A DNA stretch of 64,000 nucleotides, taken from the NCBI GenBank assembly GCA_951406725.2, contig OX597819.1, positions 88,288,001 to 88,352,000 on the forward strand. The letters are read 5' to 3'. Below are positions 12,726 through 25,300 of the stretch, piece after piece. Under the pieces are notes generated by a model. That model did not search any database. It had not been told where the DNA came from and saw only the letters and a list, made by a program, of their open reading frames with translations. The translations under genes and the position numbers were made by a program. The DNA is from Octopus vulgaris. Its lineage: Eukaryota. Numbering within the stretch: position 1 is the stretch's first letter; the number at the start of each line of letters is the position of its first letter.

Positions 12726-15700
12726 ACTGGTACTTATTTTAACGACCCCCAAAAGGATGAAAGGTAAAGTCGACCTCAGTGGAATTTGAACTCGGAACGT
12801 AAAGGCGGACGAAATACTGCTAAAAATTTTGCCCGGCGAGCTAACAGTTTCGCCAGCTTGCCGTCTTAAAGTATAATAATGATTTCTAATATAGGCACAA
12901 AGCCTGAAATTTGCTGGAAGGGATTAAGTCGATTGCATCGACTCCAGTGCGTAATTGGTACTTATTTAATCGACTCCGAAGGGCAAAGTCAACCTCGGCT
13001 GCCCAGTTTACTGTTGCCCACTTTTCCCTCGGCTGGCAGGCTTGCCCAGTTCACTGTTGCCTAATTGTACCGTTGCCTGGTTAACTGTATTCAGTTGTCT
13101 CTCGCGCTTCTGCTATAGGCACAAGGCCTGAAATTTAGAGAAGGGGACATGTCGATTACATCAACCCTAGAGTGCTCAACTGGTACTTAATTCATCGACC
13201 GTGAAAGGATCAAAAGCAAAGTCGACCTTGGCGGAATTTAAACTCAGAACGTAAAACCGGAAGAATTGCCGCTAAGCATTTCGTCCATTTTTGCCAGCTC
13301 GCCACCATAAAGTATAATAGTTATTTCTGATATAGGCACAAACCCTGGAATTTGGTGGGAGGGGTAGTCGATTACATCGACCCCAGTGTTCAACTGGTTT
13401 TTAATTTAGCGATCCCAAAAGGATAAAAGGCAAAGTCGAACTCGGCTGAATTTGAACTCAGAACGTAAAGACGAGCGAAATTCCGCTAAGCATTTTGCCC
13501 GGCGTGCTAACGATTCTGCTAACTCTCCGCCTTAAAGTATCTTAATCCTCTCTCCTATAGGCATAAGGCCCGAAGTTTTAGGGGATGGGATAAGTCGATT
13601 ACATCGACCCCAGTACTTATTTTACTGGTACTTATTTTAACGACCCCCAAAAGGATGAAAGGTAAAGTCGACCTCGGTGGAATTTGAACTCGGAACGTAA
13701 AGGCGGACGAAATACTGCTAAAAATTTTGCCCGGCGAGCTAACAGTTTCGCCAGCTTGCCGTCTTAAAGTATAATAATGATTTCTAATATAGGCACAAAG
13801 CCTGAAATTTGCTGGAAGGGATTAAGTCGATTGCATCGACTCCAGTGCGTAATTGGTACTTATTTAATCGACTCCGAAGGGCAAAGTCAACCTCGGCTGC
13901 CCAGTTTACTGTTGCCCACTTTTCCCTCGGCTGGCAGGCTTGCCCAGTTCACTGTTGCCTAATTGTACCGTTGCCTGGTTAACTGTATTCAGTTGTCTCT
14001 CGCGCTTCTGCTATAGGCACAAGGCCTGAAATTTAGAGAAGGGGACATGTCGATTACATCAACCCTAGAGTGCTCAACTGGTACTTAATTCATCGACCGT
14101 GAAAGGATCAAAAGCAAAGTCGACCTTGGCGGAATTTAAACTCAGAACGTAAAACCGGAAGAATTGCCGCTAAGCATTTCGTCCATTTTTGCCAGCTCGC
14201 CACCATAAAGTATAATAGTTATTTCTGATATAGGCACAAACCCTGGAATTTGGTGGGAGGGGTAGTCGATTACATCGACCCCAGTGTTCAGCTGGTTTTT
14301 AATTTAGCGATCCCAAAAGGATAAAAGGCAAAGTCGAACTCGGCTGAATTTGAACTCAGAACGTAAAGACGAGCGAAATTCCGCTAAGCATTTTGCCCGG
14401 CGTGCTAACGATTCTGCTAACTCTCCGCCTTAAAGTATCTTAATCCTCTCTCCTATAGGCATAAGGCCCGAAGTTTTAGGGGATGGGATAAGTCGATTAC
14501 ATCGACCCCAGTACTTATTTTACTGGTACTTATTTTAACGACCCCCAAAAGGATGAAAGGTAAAGTCGACCTCGGTGGAATTTGAACTCGGAATGTAAAG
14601 GCGGACGAAATACTGCTAAAAATTTTGCCCGGCGAGCTAACAGTTTCGCCAGCTTGCCGTCTTAAAGTATAATAATGATTTCTATTATAGGCACAAGGCC
14701 TGAAATTTGCTGGAAGGGGTTAAGTCGATTACATCGACTCCAGTGCGTAATTGGTACTTATTTAATCGACTCCGAAGGGCAAAGTCAACCTCGGCTGCCC
14801 AGTTTACTGTTGCCCACTTTTCCCTCGGCTGGCAGGCTTGCCCAGTTCACTGTTGCCTAATTGTACCGTTGCCTGGTTAACTGTATTCAGTTGTCTCTCG
14901 CGCTTCTGCTATAGGCACAAGGCCTGAAATTTAGAGAAGGGGACATGTCGATTACATCAACCCTAGAGTGCTCAACTGGTACTTAATTCATCGACCGTGA
15001 AAGGATCAAAAGCAAAGTCGACCTTGGCGGAATTTAAACTCAGAACGTAAAACCGGAAGAATTGCCGCTAAGCATTTCGTCCATTTTTGCCAGCTCGCCA
15101 CCATAAAGTATAATAGTTATTTCTGATATAGGCACAAACCCTGGAATTTGGTGGGAGGGGTAGTCGATTACATCGACCCCAGTGTTCAGCTGGTTTTTAA
15201 TTTAGCGATCCCAAAAGGATAAAAGGCAAAGTCGAACTCGGCTGAATTTGAACTCAGAACGTAAAGACGAGCGAAATTCCGCTAAGCATTTTGCCCGGCG
15301 TGCTAACGATTCTGCTAACTCTCCGCCTTAAAGTATCTTAATCCTCTCTCCTATAGGCATAAGGCCCGAAGTTTTAGGGGATGGGATAAGTCGATTACAT
15401 CGACCCCAGTACTTATTTTACTGGTACTTATTTTAACGACCCCCAAAAGGATGAAAGGTAAAGTCGACCTCGGTGGAATTTGAACTCGGAACGTAAAGGC
15501 GGACGAAATACTGCTAAAAATTTTGCCCGGCGAGCTAACAGTTTCGCCAGCTTGCCGTCTTAAAGTATAATAATGATTTCTATTATAGGCACAAGGCCTG
15601 AAATTTGCTGGAAGGGGTTAAGTCGATTACATCGACTCCAGTGCGTAATTGGTACTTATTTAATCGACTCCGAAGGGCAAAGTCAACCTCGGCTGCCCAG

Positions 15701-17489
15701 TTTACTGTTGCCCACTTTTCCCTCGGCTGGCAGGCTTGCCCAGTTCACTGTTGCCTAATTGTACCGTTGCCTGGTTAACTGTATTCAGTTGTCTCTCGCG
15801 CTTCTGCTATAGGCACAAGGCCTGAAATTTAGAGAAGGGGACATGTCGATTACATCAACCCTAGAGTGCTCAACTGGTACTTAATTCATCGACCGTGAAA
15901 GGATCAAAAGCAAAGTCGACCTTGGCGGAATTTAAACTCAGAACGTAAAACCGGAAGAATTGCCGCTAAGCATTTCGTCCATTTTTGCCAGCTCGCCACC
16001 ATAAAGTATAATAGTTATTTCTGATATAGGCACAAACCCTGGAATTTGGTGGGAGGGGTAGTCGATTACATCGACCCCAGTGTTCAGCTGGTTTTTAATT
16101 TAGCGATCCCAAAAGGATAAAAGGCAAAGTCGAACTCGGCTGAATTTGAACTCAGAACGTAAAGACGAGCGAAATTCCGCTAAGCATTTTGCCCGGCGTG
16201 CTAACGATTCTGCTAACTCTCCGCCTTAAAGTATCTTAATCCTCTCTCCTATAGGCATAAGGCCCGAAGTTTTAGGGGATGGGATAAGTCGATTACATCG
16301 ACCCCAGTACTTATTTTACTGGTACTTATTTTAACGACCCCCAAAAGGATGAAAGGTAAAGTCGACCTCGGTGGAATTTGAACTCGGAACGTAAAGGCGG
16401 ACGAAATACTGCTAAAAATTTTGCCCGGCGAGCTAACAGTTTCGCCAGCTTGCCGTCTTAAAGTATAATAATGATTTCTAATATAGGCACAAAGCCTGAA
16501 ATTTGCTGGAAGGGATTAAGTCGATTGCATCGACTCCAGTGCGTAATTGGTACTTATTTAATCGACTCCGAAGGGCAAAGTCAACCTCGGCTGCCCAGTT
16601 TACTGTTGCCCACTTTTCCCTCGGCTGGCAGGCTTGCCCAGTTCACTGTTGCCTAATTGTACCGTTGCCTGGTTAACTGTATTCAGTTGTCTCTCGCGCT
16701 TCTGCTATAGGCACAAGGCCTGAAATTTAGAGAAGGGGACATGTCGATTACATCAACCCTAGAGTGCTCAACTGGTACTTAATTCATCGACCGTGAAAGG
16801 ATCAAAAGCAAAGTCGACCTTGGCGGAATTTAAACTCAGAACGTAAAACCGGAAGAATTGCCGCTAAGCATTTCGTCCATTTTTGCCAGCTCGCCACCAT
16901 AAAGTATAATAGTTATTTCTGATATAGGCACAAACCCTGGAATTTGGTGGGAGGGGTAGTCGATTACATCGACCCCAGTGTTCAGCTGGTTTTTAATTTA
17001 GCGATCCCAAAAGGATAAAAGGCAAAGTCGAACTCGGCTGAATTTGAACTCAGAACGTAAAGACGAGCGAAATTCCGCTAAGCATTTTGCCCGGCGTGCT
17101 AACGATTCTGCTAACTCTCCGCCTTAAAGTATCTTAATCCTCTCTCCTATAGGCATAAGGCCCGAAGTTTTAGGGGATGGGATAAGTCGATTACATCGAC
17201 CCCAGTACTTATTTTACTGGTACTTATTTTAACGACCCCCAAAAGGATGAAAGGTAAAGTCGACCTCGGTGGAATTTGAACTCGGAACGTAAAGGCGGAC
17301 GAAATACTGCTAAAAATTTTGCCCGGCGAGCTAACAGTTTCGCCAGCTTGCCGTCTTAAAGTATAATAATGATTTCTATTATAGGCACAAGGCCTGAAAT
17401 TTGCTGGAAGGGGTTAAGTCGATTACATCGACTCCAGTGCGTAATTGGTACTTATTTAATCGACTCCGAAGGGCAAAGTCAACCTCGGC
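12726..17489 (-). repeat. 898-bp higher-order tandem repeat, about 5.3 copies; unit = about 110-bp spacer + 4 SINE family 2 (tail B) monomers
   Basis: Same 61-aa ORF start at 12879, 13777, 14675, 15573, 16471 and 17369 (spacing exactly 898); near-identical units. Confidence 0.97.
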
Positions 17490-18000
17490 GGAATTTGAAC
17501 TCAGAACGTAACGGCAGACGAAATATCTATTTCTTTACTACCCACAAGGGGCTAAACACAGAGAGGACGAACAAGGACAGACAAATGAATTAAGTCGATT
17601 ATATCGACTCCAGTACTTAACTGGTATTTACTTAATCGACCCCGAAAGGATGAAAGGCAAAGTCGACCTCGGCGGAATTGGAACTCAGAACGTAGCGGCA
17701 GACGAAATACCTATTTCTTTACTACCCACAAGGGGCTAAACACAGAGGGGACAAACAAGGACAGACAAACGGATTAAGTCGATTACATCGACCCCAGTGC
17801 GTAACTGGTACTTATTTAATCGACCCCGAGACCTGTGATTATATTGACCCCAGTGCATAAATGTTACTTATTTAATCGACCCCGAAAGGATGAAAGGCAA
17901 AGTCGACTTTGGCGGAATTTGAACTCAGAACGTAACGGCAGACGAAATACGGCTACGCATTTCGCCCGGCGTGCTAACGTTTCTGCCAGCTCACCGCCTT
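17490..18000 (-). mobile_element. SINE family 2 head-to-tail multimer (tail A)
   Basis: Repeated junction gacgaaata(t/c)ctatttctttactacccacaagggg near 17525 and 17710; full head at about 17950-18000. Confidence 0.85.
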
Positions 18001-18599
18001 TGTCTCAAAGTATAATAATAAAAAAAGTGTTTAGAACACCTGGAAATTATATCCAAACTAAGCATAAACAATCTTCAAAACATTTTCTATGAACATATCA
18101 TTTATAACAATATAATAAATCATATTGTTTTGTTTTTTCCCGAACGGCATAATTATCTTTAGTTGGTTTTGTATTAACACAAATATGGCGTCTCAGAATG
18201 ATTTATCATACACTTTGACCTAAAAAGGCGCCAACGAAGAAGAAAAGGAAAAGAAAGATGAATACTGCAAGAAGAAAAGAGAGGAGTAATAATAAATAAA
18301 TCCAAGACACATGCCACACAATCTACTAAAAGTGACCAGTAATTGACTTTTAACAGCTGTTATATCGGTGGCCAACTCTTAGATATATGACGAAAGACTT
18401 TGATGGAAATACATGAGCAACACGTAAGATAATGTTATTCTCTTGCAATGTCATTTAAAACTGTTGATGTGGTAATGAGTGACCGTATAGCTCAGAGGTA
18501 GGCAACTTTTTTGAGTAACGGGCCACATGAGACATGGCAGGCCATTCAGAAATACCCGTGGGTCGCATTTTGTCCATGGCAGCTACTACAAAAGCCACT

Positions 18600-18790
18600 C
18601 GGCCTGTTAGAAATAACGACCAAAACTCCCTCAAATCACAACTTCAGAGTCTTAAATAAGGTGAGGTGAAATTAAATCGTCTAGTCTTGTTCGAGAACCC
18701 CTTCAAAAGACATGGTCGGTCACGTCTGGAATGCCTTTCATCATAGGCCTGTCCACTCAAAACTGATCTTGAGTGAAATAGCTGCTGCAG
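18600..18790 (+). mobile_element. Dispersed repeat fragment (third SINE-like family); related pieces at about 4905-5070, 11220-11450 and 12335-12470
   Basis: Shared motifs ctagaaata(g/a)cagccaaa...tcaaatc and atggtcac...ctggaatgcc/tttt(g/c)atcatagg. Confidence 0.6.
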
Positions 18791-19085
18791 CAGCAGAAAC
18801 AAGATCCTGAACAACACAACAATAACGACAACAGATTGGCTGTCGAAGACGGTAAATAAAACTTTAAGCATAAAACACAATGTAACACCAAGCAACCATA
18901 TGCGAACTTGACTAATTTTTAAAAAATCAGATGTCTGCTTCTTATGTAATTGGCTCGAAATGAATACTTTTTACATGTTTTATCTTATCGTCGATAAGTT
19001 CTATTAGCCAATGGAGTGACTGGTTAGTGAAGAAGATGCTTCATGCTTGTATAACAATTCTTTCACTCTTTCTTCTTTCGTCTTG

Positions 19086-19548
19086 GGGATCTTTTCGGTT
19101 TGAACGGCAGTTTTTTCTAGCGGTGTCATATGAAATTGCCACCCATAATTATGACCCTAGTATCGATCTATTGCATTTCAATCTGTTTTAGGGTTAGGGT
19201 TAGAGTTAAGGCTAGTTAGGGTTAGTTAGGGTTAGGGTTAGGGTTAGGGGTGGGGGAAAGGGTATCTTTTTTTCTTCAGAATGTAAATAAACCCAATCAG
19301 TTTCTTAAACGAGGGACATATTCATACGGCACAGAATGTTTTCACCTCAATAGACGTTATTGATTGGTTGAATTTGCAGAAATTGAAGAAAAAAAAACAA
19401 CAAATATCTTACAAACTATAGAATTTTCTCCATAAAGCCAAGAGAAAAAGATGTTTTATAAACACATTCTACCACTATACGGAGTTTAAAAGTGTTTAGT
19501 TACGTGAAAATTATTTTAAAAAACTGCCGGTCAAACCGAAAAGATCCC
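19086..19548. mobile_element. MITE with 31-bp TIRs and internal (TTAGGG)n; superfamily unassigned
   Basis: TIR gggatcttttcggtttga(a/c)cggcagtttttt at both ends (1 mismatch); flanks gtcttg / gtcttt (probable 6-bp TSD, 1 mismatch). Confidence 0.9.
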
Positions 19549-19881
19549 GTCTTTGTTTTAATTAATGGTCTCTACTGTACTTGCTGCAGTTTTATCTATT
19601 CTCTCTCTCTCTCTCACTCTCTTTCGCTCTCCCTCTCTCTTTCACTCACTCACTCTCTTTCGCTCTCTCTCTCTCTCTCTCTCTCTCATATTCTTTCACT
19701 ACATCTGTCTATCCCTCTATGACTCTTCTTTAATATACATATATACATAGGCAATCTCGTGAGTAAGTAGTGTTTCATCTGCTCGACAGAGCTGAACAAA
19801 CATTTGCACACACACTCACTCATGACTGACGTCATATATTTTGCACCGAAACATTGTCCATATATAAATACAAACATATGT

Positions 19882-19925
<44 letters not shown>

Positions 19926-20035
19926 GCGCGTGTGCGCTTGTATAATTAAATGAAACTTCTGGTATCGTAAATCTGAGTTTCATGTTTGCGGTTGTAAAAC
20001 TCACTCATAGTTTATGATTCAAGGAGTTTCAGTTT

Positions 20036-20064
20036 ATAACAACAACAACAACAACAACAACAAC

Positions 20065-20158
<94 letters not shown>

Positions 20159-20262
20159 GTGATGATGATGATTTCAAATTTTGGCTCACGGCCAGCAATT
20201 TCAGGAAAGGCTATGAGTCGAATACATCGACCCAATAATAATAATAATAATAATAATAATAA
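20036..20262. repeat. (AAC)n/(AAT)n microsatellite with an embedded SINE family 2 tail fragment
   Basis: Runs visible; 20170-20233 matches tail B. Confidence 0.85.
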
Positions 20263-21075
20263 TCGTCCGAATAGTAGCATGCCGGGCGAAATGCTTTGCG
20301 CCATTTCGTCCCGTCTTTACATTTTACCATGAAGAGAACATTTTAAATGAGGTGTGCCGACTGCTTGAATCGTCTTTATAACTGACGAATTCCTACATCC
20401 TTTTCTATAGTAAACACATGTTTGACAATAATATTGAAAAACATATAATTTCCTGCAACATTTACTCTCTCTCTCTCTCTCTCTCTCTCTCGTTGCTCAC
20501 ACATGACCATCGTCCATCTTTCTTTTCTTCGGGTGATTATCTTTCTTTTCCTTCAGTCTGTCGTTACAGACCAGACGCATTCTTATCTGTCTCCTCTCCC
20601 ATCTTTTCTCTTATCAGAGAATATTTTTCCAGCGTTAGCCACCTTGCTTCGTCTGGTTTAACGGCCCTCCCTGTTTGTTTTCATTTCATTTGGTTTGTTG
20701 TATTCCTGTTTTTGTTACCAGCCCTGACCCCCGGCAAATCCCAAATTTCATTTTGTTTTGTGGGAGCAACTGTTTCTCGAAGACACATATTGTCATGAAT
20801 TGCTCGAAATGTGGAGTAGATAAACAGTCGACAACTGATGAAAGATGTTACTCGTCCTGTTTTCTATTTGTTTCTCTCGTTGTTCGCATACACAGGTTTG
20901 TATTTCATATTTTCGTATTTCGTAATCCGTATCGTTTTCGTATTTCATGTTGTTTACGTTTTGCGACATCCTCTACCCATATATGCATATACTTATACAT
21001 ATATATGTAAGTACGTACATATATGTATGTATATATGCATATATATATAAAATATTTATTCAAATACACACACAC

Positions 21076-21114
<39 letters not shown>

Positions 21115-21428
21115 CATACATACATACATACATACATACATACATACATACATACATACATGCATGCATACATACATACATACATACATACATACATACA
21201 CACGCATGCATAGATCTTTACACTGCTACAACAGGAAACTCTAAGAGTCGAAACGAAATTACAGCTGTTAGCCTTACCCCAACCCACACTTCCAGGCAGT
21301 GCCTCAGCATGGCCGCAGTCTAATGACTCGAACAATGAAAGGTAAAAGATAGCTCCACGTCTTTCTATCTGAAATATTGAGAGTCAGAGAAATCCGTGAA
21401 ACCGGTTAAGTTCTTTTTTTAATTATAT

Positions 21429-21562
21429 AGGCACAAGTGTGGCTGTGTGATGATAAGTAGCTTGCTTACCGACTACATGGTTCTGGGCTTACCAACCACA
21501 TGGTTCGAGCCGACCAAAGCCTTGTGAGTGGATTTGGTAGCTGGAAACAGAAAGAAGTCCGT

Positions 21563-21613
<51 letters not shown>

Positions 21614-21805
21614 TTGTCCCCCTACCATCGCTTGACAACCGATGCTGGTGGGTTTACGTCCCCGTAACTTAGCGGTTCGGCAAAAGAAACCGATAGAATA
21701 AGTACTAGGCTTACAAAGAATAAGTCCTTGGGTCGATTTATTCGAATATAGGCGGTGCTCCAGCTTGACCGCAGTCAAGTGACTAAAACAAACAAAATAA
21801 AAGAA
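21429..21805 (+). mobile_element. SINE family 1 with internal (AT)n
   Basis: ggcacaagtgtggctgtgtg head through ggcggtgctccagc...gcagtcaagtgactaaaac tail; local duplication/deletion in the head. Confidence 0.85.
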
Positions 21806-22023
21806 TACATACACACACACACACATATATACATACATATATATATATATAAATATATATATGTATATATGTATATATATAATATATAACCTATTTAACG
21901 TTAACTCTCTAATATTTACGGATAAATATGAATTTGTATCCCCGGTTTTTTGTGCTAGGTCGCTTGGTGTTAAAATAAGGGTATTATTAAATTAATATCT
22001 AATTTTTCACCCTCATTTTTGAA

Positions 22024-22069
<46 letters not shown>

Positions 22070-23014
22070 GCTGAGCTTCACTTATCATTCTAAATTACAC
22101 AAGTGATATTAGCTTCCACTTATGATTTGCAAGCGCGAATTGAATACAAATTATTTATTTAGTATAAGACTGAAGTGATAAGTCAAAATCTTTGTGTTTT
22201 TTCCGTCGTTACGTAATCTATTTCATGTGAATTCGTTGCTTTCATTTATTAAATCTTTCGATAATTATATGTGGTATTCAGTTAAATCCTTGATAACGAA
22301 TGAAACTCACGTGATACGCAGGATAACAGCAACGACAAGATGGTTAGTTCTAAAACTTTCAGTGAATTTGACAAAATTCTGTAATTATTAATGATAATTA
22401 GTTTAATAAATTAGATAAACATTTAAAATTATAAATGTTATCAATTTCGCTTTATCGGGCTTTATCAGCTTTTAAGTATCACATGTCTCGTTACAAATGT
22501 TGTTCGCTGTGCTAGAAATAGCAAGGAGATCATGGCTTTCAAGAGTAATATTTTAAAAGATCGTTGCAATCTACATCATCAAAACGTATGGGATAACAAA
22601 GTCGAAATGCGTGAAATATTGAAGCCCCACCTTTCTTTATCCATCTTAAATTTCAGTATAATCGTAATCTACAACATCTGAAACGGATTTTTTTTTAAAA
22701 TTTCATTAAAAAATATAATTTTTCAGGACGTTATAAGAAAATAAATACGGTTGGGGAAATAGGCCGGGGTATAAATTGATGCTAAAAAACGTTATCTTGC
22801 ACTGCAAGTTAACTATACTGCAGTGAATAAACTTTATGATTTGGTAGTGAAGTTAAAATTTTAAATAATAAAAGAAACTTGGAAAACCACATTTTCGTAA
22901 CAAATGTATTAAAATTAGGATTTATGAGACTTTTCTTGACAGTGTAGACTTTAATAATTGCTTTCTTTTAGCAAAAGTTACAAACCCAAACAAATTAATA
23001 AGCAACTTTCTTTA

Positions 23015-23065
<51 letters not shown>

Positions 23066-23116
23066 GGTTTCACCCACACCATTACCTCTCATAACCTCTC
23101 TCTTTCTCTCTCTCAC

Positions 23117-23164
<48 letters not shown>

Positions 23165-23165
<1 letters not shown>

Positions 23166-23305
23166 CTATATAAACGGCAGTTTGTCTCTGTGTGTTTCTG
23201 TGTGTCTGTTTGGTTGTACCCTCACCCTGACCACGGCTTTCAACCGATTCTGATGAAACTTGACACACACATAGCCCAATGTCATAATTCAAAACTAACG
23301 CAGCA
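23165..23305 (+). mobile_element. Probable Helitron 5' fragment
   Basis: Starts TCTATATAAAcggcag, then gtgtgtctgt repeats and caaccgattctgatgaaacttgacaca, motifs typical of non-autonomous Helitron 5' ends. Confidence 0.5.
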
Positions 23306-23583
23306 TACAACTTTATTCACACTTGACTAGCCACATATAGCTACATATGTGTATCTGTTTACATGTATATGCATATGTATATGTATACATATATACGCAC
23401 AGACAAATATACGTGACTATATGTGTGCGCGTTAGTTTGCGTATGTGTGTATAAACGCATTCATGTAATTTATTTGCACTGTATATCTCTCTAAGTAGAC
23501 ATTGTCATATACCTTTACATACACACACTTATAAATGTATGTGTCTGTGTGTATATATATATATATAAATACACACACATATA

Positions 23584-23621
<38 letters not shown>

Positions 23622-23635
23622 CTCACATTTATATA

Positions 23636-23754
<119 letters not shown>

Positions 23755-24174
23755 ATATATATAATAAAACTTTATATATAAAGAACGTGAAATACACGAA
23801 TTGACGAACACGGAAAACAGACAGTCATTCAGAGCCTTCATTCTTCAGTCAGAAACCGATTCATCATGGCAAATTTCGGCTGTTTAATTCTGAGATTTGT
23901 TCCAAAACGGCCAGCCCCAAGGAAAAGCTAAGCTATGGGCATTAGATTTCCTTGGTAGAAGGAAAGAATGTGATATATGTATTGTGACCTCGTGTGTACC
24001 ATTGGCGATTTTTTCCTCTGTCTTCCCTTCTCTGGATCTTTCCTTCTCCTATGTTTCCGCTCGAAACGTTAAACCCTCCTTCTTTCCTTCTTTCCTGAGC
24101 GTCCAATAATACTATATTTGTTCCACGTCCTCGCGTTGTTGTGTTTTTTTGTGCTTTCTTGTTTGGATTAACTT

Positions 24175-24239
<65 letters not shown>

Positions 24240-24262
24240 GCACACGTATATATATATATATA

Positions 24263-24537
24263 CTAGCAGTATCGCCCGGCGTTGCTCAGGTTTGTAAGGG
24301 AAATAACTATAAAGCATTTTTAGAGAGTTATAGCCAAAAAATGGAAAAAAAATGATGGTAAATTTTTTTTTAGTTAAAAAAGGTCGAGTTGCGTCCCCTA
24401 GACTGTCTGTGGTTTGTGTTTCTGATTCTCGACCCCACGTCGAATTTATCGATTTTTTTCAGAACTGGGGGAACTTTTCAAAATTTAATATAGTTATTTC
24501 CCTTACAAACCTGAGCAACGCCGGGCGATACTGCTAG
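24263..24537. mobile_element. Element bounded by two inverted Helitron 3' ends (49-bp perfect inverted repeat), in (TA)n
   Basis: ctagcagtatcgcccggcgttgctcaggtttgtaagggaaataactata and its exact reverse complement; matches the Helitron end at about 44200-44247. Confidence 0.9.
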
Positions 24538-24689
24538 TATATATATATATATAACACATATAATAAAGAAGGCAACTTTATCCTCTGATCTGAGACTTGG
24601 CCAAAATGGACTGTGGTAAATAAATGCACTCCAGAACCGAACAGAATTGTGATACTGAACCGGGCAGTACATTAAGTCTTCTATCAAAA

Positions 24690-25300
24690 AAGAAAGGAAT
24701 GAAGGAAAGGAAGCAAAGTCGACCTCGGTGGAATATGAACTCAGATCATGAACATGTACGAAATTCCGTTGATCATTTTACCCGGCGTGCTAACGATTTG
24801 CCAGCAGGCGGCCTTGAATACCAGTGACATATTGGTTTGAAATTTTAGCACAAGGCCAGTAAGTTCGTGGGAAGTGCTTGACTGATACCTATTTTATCGA
24901 CCCTGAAACGATGAAAAGCAAAGTTAACATCGGCGGAATTTGAACTCAACATGAAGACGGACGAAATGCCGTTAAGCATTTTTCCCAGCGTGCTAACGAT
25001 TCTGCCAGCTCGCTGCATTATTTGTCAATAGAAAATATTAGCTTGAAATCTTGGCACGAGGCAAAAATTTGTCGATATCAATGTTGATTTCAAATTTTGG
25101 CACAAGACCAGAAATTTTGGGAGAAGGAGGTAGTGAAATGCATCAACCCCAGCACTCAACTGGTACTTATTTCATTGACTCTGAACGGAGGAAAAGTCAA
25201 GTCGGCCTCGACGGAATTTGAACTCTGAACGTAAAGAGGGACGAAATGCCGCTAGACATTTTGCCCGACGCGGTAACGCCTTTTCCACCTCGCCGTTTTA
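24690..25300 (-). mobile_element. Cluster of 3 or more diverged SINE family 2 (tail B) copies, head-to-tail
   Basis: Repeated gcaaagtcgacctcg / ggaatttgaactc / cgtgctaacgat motifs. Confidence 0.8.

Noticed and set aside
12726-17489. CRISPR-like repeat/spacer appearance (also 33151-33420 and 43152-43995)
   Set aside because: No unique spacers, no cas genes, eukaryotic context
12879-17593. Six copies of a 61-74 aa ORF as a tandem peptide gene family
   Set aside because: Antisense to SINE sequence and spans the duplication breakpoint; no coding evidence
18493-18582. hAT-like start cagaggtaggcaac
   Set aside because: No matching right TIR or 8-bp TSD found
19188-19256. Telomere or chromosome-fusion relic
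   Set aside because: Short, degenerate, single orientation, and inside a TIR element
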